Source: Cycas panzhihuaensis
Lineage: Eukaryota; Plantae; Cycadophyta
DNA: 64,000 nt
NCBI GenBank assembly: GCA_023213395.1
Contig: CM041465.1
Span: 102,059,741-102,123,740, forward strand
Direction of reading: 5' to 3'
Position 1 is the first letter of the stretch; each line of letters starts with the position of its first letter. Made by a program: the position numbers and the translations under genes. The notes beneath the pieces are model-generated. The model ran no database searches, was not told the origin of the DNA, and saw nothing but the letters and a program-made list of their open reading frames with translations. Of the stretch, positions 1-8,874 are shown piece after piece.

Positions 1-1062
1 GGTAAACCCATCCCTCCTTGGGGAAACGCCCCTTGTTGGAAAGGGGTCATGTAAACGCCCGAAGGGAGATATGTTCCCTTGCGAAGACGCGACAACAGGA
101 GTCGCACTAGATGGCGAAAACGAAGGATGAGGGACCAGGTTTTGCCTATATGGGCCACCCGTAGGTGGCGCAACCCCATATGGGTGCAACGGGTCCACCC
201 CATAAGCAGGAAGATGGTTTCCCCTACCTTGCCCCCAAGGTTGAGATGTGTAACCTGGGGGCACGTAAAGGGAAGGACCACCAGCAGAGTTTTGAACGTA
301 CATAGGAGTGGGTCCTACATAGTTGACGGCAGCAGCACTAGTAGGGCCTCGAGGCCTACTAGGGAACACATGTGCCACGTTCGAAGGCGGCGCATGCGTT
401 TGACTTGGAAACGGCATGCTAAACCCAAGTTGGGAAAAGGACATGCCACGAACGGGTCCAGAAGAAGTAGGACCATGGCTAGAAGTAGGCAGCACAATGC
501 TTGCCCTGGGAGTCAAGGTAGACATGGCATGGGATGAGTGTGCATGGGCAGAAACATCATTCGTTGTATGATGCGCAGGCATGGATGAGGAAGATGCTAC
601 ATTACGCAATACTTCTTCAAACCATCTAGGGTACGGTTGGCGACGAGTTGTTCGGAAGTACTTGCTAAGCGCTTCGACTACGTCGGCAGGAGGGGTATCC
701 TCATAGCCATACGAAGTCGATGGGATCTCGAAAGTAGGGGATCCCTCAGGACGCTCCTCGTAAGGCTCACCAGTGGGGTGGTCAGTCTCGTGAGGGGCCG
801 AATCTTCCACTGTATGAGCGGAAGGATGAAAGTCATCAGGGTGAAATTGGTCATCTAGATAGTAGATGGAATCATCACCCCTAGGAGCAGATTCTGGAAT
901 AGATGCAGGGAACTCTTGAGTTCCCAAAGTCATGGTATGGTAGGCCCAATCAGACGGGTAACCTTCCATTATCGAATCGGGGTTCGACGACGGAAGGGAA
1001 CGAGGCAATTGGTCTTCTAACAATGGCGGCAGACCTCGCAAGTGACGCGAGAAACGTCGCAT
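1..1062 (-). CDS. gag: Gag N-terminal region (Pro/Ser-rich) of element A, partial; 354 codons, no stop in window
   Basis: Hand translation MRRFSRHLRGLPPLLEDQLPRSLPSSNPDSIMEGYPSDW...GVSPRRDGFT. The N-terminal R-x-S-x-x-x-x-GLP motif recurs at the gag starts of B (13938) and C (55797). Absent from the ORF track, presumably because it has no stop in the window. Confidence 0.75.
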   Translation of the reverse strand, partial: MRRFSRHLRGLPPLLEDQLPRSLPSSNPDSIMEGYPSDWAYHTMTLGTQEFPASIPESAPRGDDSIYYLDDQFHPDDFHPSAHTVEDSAPHETDHPTGEPYEERPEGSPTFEIPSTSYGYEDTPPADVVEALSKYFRTTRRQPYPRWFEEVLRNVASSSSMPAHHTTNDVSAHAHSSHAMSTLTPRASIVLPTSSHGPTSSGPVRGMSFSQLGFSMPFPSQTHAPPSNVAHVFPSRPRGPTSAAAVNYVGPTPMYVQNSAGGPSLYVPPGYTSQPWGQGRGNHLPAYGVDPLHPYGVAPPTGGPYRQNLVPHPSFSPSSATPVVASSQGNISPFGRLHDPFPTRGVSPRRDGFT

Positions 1063-1209
1063 GCAATGCCTTTGCGAGTGTTGTTAGAAGAAATAAAAAA
1101 GAAAAAAAGGAAAATCATGCAAGCACGTTGGGGGTTTTCCAAATGAAAACACAGAATAAGAAACTACCTAGAGGCAAGAACACCAACGAAAAGGGGAAGC
1201 GAATTTAGC

Positions 1210-1229
1210 TCCCTTATCTTGGCGCCTCA
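1210..1229 (-). promoter_or_regulatory. PBS-like motif of element A
   Basis: Minus strand CCATCTTTGAGGCGCCAAGATAAGGGAGC aligns with CCATCTTTTGGGTGACCATATTTGGGAGC of B; both lie just upstream of gag. Confidence 0.45.
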
Positions 1230-1233
1230 AAGA

Positions 1234-3837
1234 TGGTCGCGTTGAAACGCTCGCTACAGGGCAGTGATCCTACGTCTAGCAAAAGGATATAAGAGTATGT
1301 TATGCTAACTAAGTTAGGCAACGAGGACCTCACCTTACAGGGCGTCTGTGCGCCAAAGCGCGGATTCAAGACTGCAAGGTGCCTGGTTGCTTCCAGGTAG
1401 CCGTGCAAAACAAGGCCTTCCTACCCTTCGGATGGCTGGGAAGGAGAGAGAATGACTTGCGCATTGCATCTTCTCAAGGCAATGAGAAGGCAACGAATGG
1501 GAGGACAACTAACTAAGGTACAGGCAAATGTGGGAAAAGGGGTGCAATGAGGATAACTCGACTGCGACACGAGCGAACTATCTATGCTAAGCTATGCTAG
1601 ATAAAACAAGAAACAATGTAAAAGATGAATACGCTTTCCCTTTTCCTTTATATTCCTTTACAATTTTCTAACTACTGAGGCAAATGCATGTAAGATAACA
1701 ATGTAAAAGGGGATATACAGGAAGCAAGGAGAATACCTAGATCCGGTGCCTGAATGGAGGTACGGCTTGTCTCTCTAAGTCCTGATCCTTCCTTCTCCGT
1801 TTGTCGTGTATGCAATGCCGATCGGTGGTAATTGCCATAAGCGATAGACGAAGGGTCTACTTACCTCCCCTTAAGCATGCAAAATCGAATAAAGCGGAAC
1901 GAAATGGAAAAAGCTTGAAACTAAAGGAAGAAAGGCACTACACGGGGAACTAACCCGCAATGGGTTCGTCCCGTGTATCACTCCACCAATGCGCGATCCT
2001 GCAAATAGGTAAGAAGGACACCTTCCTCTCAGAAGAGAGGCCATAAGATATACTAAGAAATATATATATATATATATATAAATTGAAATCAAATGAAACT
2101 AAGATCTAAGCTAAGCATCGGAATATAACAAAATGAAATAGCAACATATAAGAAACACTCTCACCACCATGTACCACGAAAACACTTGAAAGGGAAAGGA
2201 GTATAGCCTCGGGATGGCTAACTCACCCACGGAAGACCTCCACGGAACTCGGGAAGGAAAACTAGTTGGCAATGAGGCAGTGAAGCAATAAATCCGTAAC
2301 AAGGAAAAAAGAAGGATGCAACAAACTAGGGTTTACGTAGGGTCTAATACCAAGAGGTGAGACTCCAAGCAATGACATAGTGACGGGCGCCTATGCTAAT
2401 TGGAACATCCTAACTAAATCCCCTAAACTCCCTTAGCCCATTCTCTAAGAAAGTGCGGATGGCAAAGGGAAAGAGGACAAGGGACGAGACCCTTGGGGAG
2501 AAGGATAGCAATGGGGGATGGAACCCCGCCTACCTCCCTCAAATCCTCGTATGTACTCCTTTACACCAGCTAACTAAGGAAAGAGTGAAAGGGATAGTTT
2601 AATGGAAAATAGAGGGGCTCTAAAGAAACAATGGGAAGGTACCCCTAATCTAGAGCAACACCATGAGGAGAACTGTAGCTAACTAGGATCACATTCATTG
2701 AGAAACAAAAGAAATAGCAAAGAAAGTGATTGCAGGTAAAAAGCAAGAAGTACCTTGTATGGGGAAGATCAAGCATGCACTTTGTCAGGGAACAAAGAAG
2801 AATAAACAACATATAGGGACTGATCATAAGTGGTTCTTGCAAGAGTATGGATGAAGGAAACTCCTTGCAAGTTTGGAGCCTTGGAAGTTGGCTCTTGAAG
2901 CAGCTTTTAGGTGAAGAAGTCCCTTGAATCCTTAAGCACCTGCAAAGAAGAATGGAGCTTGCTGTGGAGAGCTGTAGGGGGTAGCAATGGCCCTGCAAGT
3001 CCAGCTGATGGCAGCCCACTTCACCCTTTGTCCAGTTGCTGTGTATGTGGTTTTTTCTTTTTCTATGTCTTTTTTTGTGTGAAAGCTAGAAGTTCTCCTT
3101 AGAAGTTTAAAAATTGGCAAAAAGATCTGAAAAATGGGGAGCAAAATCCCCTTTATCCCCCCTGTTCCCAGTAGGTGAACGTTGGGGATGTTAGGGTGAC
3201 TCGAATTAATCAATGCCACGCGGCAGTTTCACGAAAAAATGGAAACTGTCGCATGGTTCTCTTTTTTTTTTAATTTCAACAGATCACGGCAAACTTTGCG
3301 ATCACAAAGAACTCTGCAGTACCGCTAAGTTTACAGCGGTATCAGGCTAGAAACAAAAAAAGAGAAAGATGAGCAGAAATATCAGGTTTTGGAGCAAAAA
3401 TCAAGGCTAAACATAAGTTAGAGCAGTTGAGGGAATGCCCATGCAATGGGCAAGTACCCAAAATAATGCAAAGAGTCCTAACTAAGGATTAAATCAGGCT
3501 TAGGAATGACTGCAACATAAGCAACACGTTGTAACGAGAGCAAATAGGATTGACGGAAACATCCCGGGAGACCGTGGAGACAATGTGGGTGGCTATGTGC
3601 CATACAAGGTGTAGCATTCACTACAGAATGCCCCCGCTGTGAGTCGTCATAGGCTGATGGTGTGCCGTAAGCATATGCATTATGAGCAAGTAGAAAAGCA
3701 ATGCGTGCAGGCAAGCATATGTCAAGCATCCTACTCTAAATAACCTCAATCAAGCATGGGCAAGAAAAGGTAAGAAAGTATACCTGAACAAACCTACGTC
3801 GATGCATCTCGAGTCCATTCCCAGTAGCTGGGAAATA
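1234..3837 (-). repeat. Putative 5' LTR of element A (~2.6 kb)
   Basis: Lies between the PBS-like motif and the insertion junction; patchy similarity to 16356-19235; inner boundary inferred from the CA + TCTTT spacer before the PBS. Confidence 0.55.
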
Positions 3838-3841
3838 GTTC

Positions 3842-4098
3842 CCTATCATAGTTTAAGCTCATTAATAGCTAGAAGGGACTCAGAGCTATATTCCTATCAT
3901 AGTTTTAGCTTATTAATAGACGAAAAGAAGTTTGAAACATAACCCTATCATAGTTTAGGCTCATCAACAAGTACAAGAAAACTCAGAGCAAAGTTCCTAT
4001 CGTAGTTTAAGTTCATCAACAGGTAAATGAAAGCTCAGAGCATGATCCTATCATAGTTTAGGCTCATTAACAGGTAAATGAAGGCTTGGAGCAAAGTT
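3842..4098. repeat. Tandem array, 5 copies of a 51-52 bp unit (CCTATCATAGTTTAGGCTCATTAACAGGTAAATGAAAGCTCAGAGCA...)
   Basis: CCTAT unit starts at 3842, 3893, 3944, 3996, 4047; cut on the left by insertion of A. Confidence 0.9.
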
Positions 4099-4779
4099 TC
4101 CTTTAGAGATAAACACCAAAAATCTACGTAAAAAGAATGAATAGAGAATAATATATTGCATTTCCAAAGGAAGAAAATATCCTAAAAGAAAAAGAACATA
4201 TTTTACTTTGCTAGATCCCATAGAGTACTAAATAAAATTCTGGTAAGGAAAACTAAGAAAAAACCCCTCCCTATATGTGAAGAAATGGATGAAAAAGGAT
4301 TTCATTTTTATGTGAGGGAAGAGGAGAAAGGGAGGTAACCAAAGACCATTTTCTTATATTCTAGAGCGATCATGAGCTCTTTCTGATAGGGGGTTGGCCC
4401 TTAAGGATCTTCATCAACAGGATGGAGTAAAGAGTTAGATACTCAGTGAGTTAGAACTATATTTTTTTTTAACTTTTTGATTTTTGAGTGCAAAACACAG
4501 TGACACAATGTGAAAACTATAGTCATTGAACTAAAAACACAGTTAACCAATGAAAAACATAATTAAAGGGCGAAAATTGTGACTTTGGAATTTCAGACAA
4601 TCACATGAAATCGCATTTTTTACTATGAAGTCACATTTTTAGTTACTTAGCCATACTTTTAGACCTTTAATTAATCAAATTCTAAAAATTAATTTCTTTT
4701 GAAATGAGACAATGAACTAATATGATTTACATGATATGATGTAGGCCTTAGAGAGAGTGGAGATGTAGAAAAATGAAGG

Positions 4780-6550
4780 AATGGCCATCAAAGAGTTCGT
4801 GAGCTAGTTGGATGAGGCATAATAAGGGATTCTAAGGGTGTGTGACCTTGGGTAAGTGCATTCATCCAACTTGTTATGGAGTATGAAATTCTGCATGATT
4901 TTATTAGTTGTTGCATCCCAGGATATAACATATTTTGAGTACAAGCTATTAGGAAGATTTAAATTACTCCAAGAGATGTGGAGAGGATCTTGGAGGTTGG
5001 CTAGCATGGAGAGAGAGTTAGACTCATCTAAGTGGCTAACGAGGTGTCCCAAATGGTATGTAGTGAGTACCTAATGGGATTTATTGATCAGATAGACTAG
5101 TATAGGATCTTGGCAGAAGTTATTAATATAGTAGATGGGATCCTGGCAATATAGAGGATCATCACTTTAATTATCATTTATAGGATAGCTAGAACTTAGA
5201 ACTTTATGGGGATTCTAGCTTAGTGGATAGGAGTAGTACGGAGATGCAAGTAGAGGATCTGAATTAATTGGGGCTAGTATATAGTGGATAGTATCAACCA
5301 TTAATTGTCCAGGATCAGGAGGATAGGGAGGGGCAGATTTTCATATAACTCTATCTTAATGTGTCAGTTGTATGACTATATTCCACTCATGAGACTAGGA
5401 GGAGAGCTAAGAGAGCTGACGATGATGGATACAAGGATGAATAGATGGCACATGAGATCACAGATCCACAATAGGCCAATGATCATATCGAGGAGTACTC
5501 ATAGCCCTCTCCTCATTAGGATGGTGAGGAGGCAGCTAGTGGAGGATTCCTATGAAAGGGTACCAGTTTAGGGTGATAATGAGATGGATACCATAGAGAG
5601 GGTAGTAGCAAAGGAGGTTCTTGCAGCTAGATGGGGGAGAGGGAGAGGGTGAGATGGAGGAGGACACAGCGAGAGAGGTGGTAGAGATGGTGGAGAGGTA
5701 GGACAAGGAGGAAAAGGAGGTGCTTCATCAAGTAGGGGAGTAGGAGGGAGTCAACAGGTACTTAGGAGAGGAGTTGGAGCACCTGTGGAGGGGATAAGAG
5801 GTTCCATATAGAGCATGGAGCTAGGATCAATAGATGGATAGGCTAGGTATGGAGGGAATGGAGCTAAAGAGGGCAAAGCTACTCAGGAGGTTCCCCGTGA
5901 GCTGTAGGAAGGACAGGTACCACTAGTAGAGAAGGTGTTGGGAGTAAAGCTAATAAGAGGAGGATTGTCAGGTATGTTGCTTAATTGATTTGTTTCTCGT
6001 ACCACGTCATACTTTTTTACTTTTTTAGGACTTTTTCTTCCAAGGAACTGATCACAGATTGTATATTTTTAGGTAGGTGATGAGATGGTGACCTTAAGGG
6101 AGGTACAAAGGACCCTAAAGGTGATCTTCCCCTACATTCTAGCATTGGAAGAGGTGCTAGCATGGAATGTAGTAGATCACAGACTGTTGGGACGTCATAT
6201 CACTTCTTATAGCTATGTGCTTTGAGCTCAAGATCTCTATATGGATATAAGGGTAATATTAAGTATATGAGAGTTGGAGCTTAAGGCAAGTGAGGATGAG
6301 AGATAACACTTGTAGAGGATGACATTGGCTTAGGTAGGAGCACGATATAGTCCATCGCTGGTGATCTGATCCAATGAGGATGACCCCACCTTCCACCTTA
6401 TGGTGAGTCTATATGTGGGGAGACTTTAGGAACGAGGGAGAGATCAGGTCTAGGTGTCCCCAAGGGATCTCATCAGGAGTCTAAGGGATAAGTATATCAT
6501 ATATTACATAGGGAGATAGGAGGGAGATGAGAGGTATTTTATTAGCCTTG
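4780..6550 (+). pseudogene. Antisense accessory ORF of B, plant mobile domain (PMD, aminotransferase-like)-like, degenerate, with a putative intron
   Basis: Frame around 4863-5090 reads LHDFISCCIPGYNIF*VQAIRKI*ITPRDVERILEVG*HGERV, resembling the PMD motif ...W...T.TF....GE.TITL.DV..ILGLP..G..V. Followed by a G/R/E-rich tract and CAG|GTATGT...TTTTTAG|G (5972-6072). Ends approximate. Confidence 0.55.
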
Positions 6551-7343
6551 GCATGTATCATGAGTCACCTGGGTGATAGATGTATTAAATTTTTTGTTAT
6601 CATGTATATATATCGATCATTTTCTCTCAAAAACTTGTGTATGAAAACTTGTCTCTAAACCCTTTTCCCCCTTATTCCCATTTTAAATTGAGTATAGGAT
6701 ACATTCATCAGTATGATTGTCTAAAGAAACATATAATAACTTTATCATTTTTTATTTTTTTCGTTCTTTTATAATCATATATATTTTTTTGGACTTTTGT
6801 CATGATATATATAGGATAGTTTATACTCATTCTAAAGTGTAATAGTTTGGGAAAGAAATAGATTATGATTAAGAAATGAAGAAAAGAAAATAAATAGAAG
6901 CCAAAAGGGAGTAGGTGAAAGGTTTACTTATTCTATTTTTATAAACTTAAAACCATCAGAAACCAATGGTAATAGGTTTATAAAAGTAGAAGATGAAATG
7001 ACATGAATCTTTAAAAAAGGAAATTCATACAACTCGTATCATACTTCTAATAGATTACATAAACATAGAATGAAATCAACATTTATATAATGAATCATGA
7101 AGAAAACAAGTTGTTTACTAAATGAAAGGTTAATTTCATTTAACAAATAACTCGTTCTCTGAGTATATTAGATTCCTCTTTGGCTCCTTCTAGGGATAAG
7201 AGGCTTTTAGGGACTTGCCCCCTGCCAAGATCCTCCATGGCCTAAGATTCCCACATAAGTATTTTCTTTCACATACTTTATTTCAATCTCTTACTTATCG
7301 TTTTAATCTTTAAACTACTCAAATCTATATTTTTCCAAACCAA

Positions 7344-7439
7344 TAGTTTATACTTGTCATGGAGTGGTAGTTTATACTCATTCCAAAGTGGTAGTTTATA
7401 CTCATTCTGGAGCGGTAATTTATACTCATTATGGAGTGA
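7344..7439. repeat. Tandem array, 4 copies of a 24-bp unit (TAGTTTATACTCATTCCAAAGTGG)
   Basis: Units at 7344, 7368, 7392, 7416; isolated copy at ~6818; produces the EYKLPL repeats in ORF 7278..7469. Confidence 0.9.
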
Positions 7440-7489
7440 GGTGCCCCTAGTAAAAAAGATAAAAGTCAACCAAAATAATCATCAAGGAT

Positions 7490-7875
7490 AGAGAAAACAC
7501 AAGCATTAGCTTTAAGGTTAAGGGAATGAGGTATATGCTGAATGGTAACTAAAGTAAAAAGGGACAATAATGATGAACCCTGATAATATAAGTGAAGGAT
7601 TTGTGGGGAATGAACCTGATACATCTCAAGCAATTGATAAACTACAACATGAGAGTCATCATATATAGTAATAGGTCCAAGAAAAAAGTAAGAAATATCT
7701 GACAAGCCTCCTATAATGGCAAGGTATTCAGCTTCATTATTGGTTGCCCTGGATATGAAAGAGCCTATAGAAATGAGAGGATTTCCTAATTAGTCATAAA
7801 TCACCCAAGCAGAAGTAAATAGTCATAGGTTTTACCTAATAGCTTCATTAGTGAATATACTTAATGACATGGGAA
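7490..7875 (-). pseudogene. Archaeal-type ribonuclease H (aRH) domain of B
   Basis: IFTNEAIR*NL..SAWVIYD*LGNPL...ISRATNNEAEYLAIIGGL...ITIYDDSHVVVYQL...TIQHIPHSLNLKANA shows the RNase HI motifs (F.DGA.RGNPG, ATNNxAEY, GDSxLVVxQ, HIPRxxNxxAD). Confidence 0.85.
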
Positions 7876-8874
7876 CAATAGAATTAGAGTTTGGAGATTG
7901 TATGATCAATAAAGGAGAGTGTGAGAATCAATCAATAAGGAGATGATAAATAAATGAACTTAATTCTGACTATGGTGAAGAAAAAAGAAGAATCATAAGT
8001 AGGATGATTATGATCAATACTAATAAGGGGTCAAGTAGAGTTCAATCATAACTGAGGGCATGGTGGATCCAAGTAGCTAAATCTAAAAATCCTGAATGAC
8101 TCATCCAAAGGAACCCAACCTACATATAGATAGGTGGGGATGAAGTCATCATGCAACTTACCCTGAATTGCAAGAGGATGATAACAATAAACTTCCTTTC
8201 ACTTTTTTTTTTAACTTCTACTTTTACTTTTTCTTTTTGAGAAAAGGATCATAATCATCCACCTACAAAACTCTTTTACTCAACACAGTAAGGATTTATC
8301 CTTTTTAATAGAATCTAGAATAAAAGGGATAAATCACCTTAAGGATTAAACTACAAAAAAAGAGGAGATCAAAATCATGGTGTCTCTAAATGTGAAGGGA
8401 AGGTAGTAGAATGAGTATCCACTTCAAAAGATTAATAGAGAAACTAATGATAATGAAAACAATCAAGAATAATAGGTGATATATTACCAAAAAAGAATCC
8501 ACAAGGTAATGAACTAGTAGATGAAAATACAATCTTAACTAATGACTAAATACCCGAAGCTAATAGAAGTGTTTCTCTTTCCAAGATGAAAATATAATAG
8601 GGTAGGGGGCTCAAATTCTCCTTTGAGTAGAGAACTCAAAAGAGAAAGAGATCCTAATATGGTGATAGAAAGCTCACAATTAGTGTAGATGCTAGAAAGA
8701 GCAAAAGACTTATATGATTATGAGTAGGATATGCTGCAAAAAGACAACAACGCTCAGTAAAAAGCAAGAAGAAATCAGAAAGAAGGGGAGCTTACCTATA
8801 GTTTTAGCTCATTAGGCAAAGGAAAAAGCTTTGGATCCATTGTTTATCCTTATTTCGAAGGGTTTGGATGAGTG

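Larger units (their letters stand above)
1..3837 (-). mobile_element. Element A: young Tat-like Ty3/gypsy LTR retrotransposon, 5' part (continues beyond left edge)
   Basis: Open gag-like ORF 1062-><1, PBS-like motif 1210-1229 matching those of B and C, CpG-rich putative LTR ~1234-3837. Its right end matches the end of the old copy at 19235, and a different (tandem-repeat) sequence starts at 3838. Confidence 0.8.

Noticed and set aside
79-1208. Plus-strand ORFs 79..537, 637..858 and 903..1208 as genes
   Set aside because: They overlap the long open minus-strand gag frame and have no recognisable domains, so they are antisense shadows
3842-4098. CRISPR-like repeat-spacer array
   Set aside because: The variable parts are similar to each other (ordinary diverged tandem units), there are no cas genes, and the context is a plant retrotransposon
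7278-7469. Repeat protein (EYKLPL)n
   Set aside because: By-product of a 24-bp DNA repeat whose core also occurs in the 51-52-bp array and at solo sites
7490-7875. Host or horizontally acquired prokaryotic RNase H gene
   Set aside because: It is embedded in element B and as decayed as the rest of B; aRH is an established Tat-lineage domain
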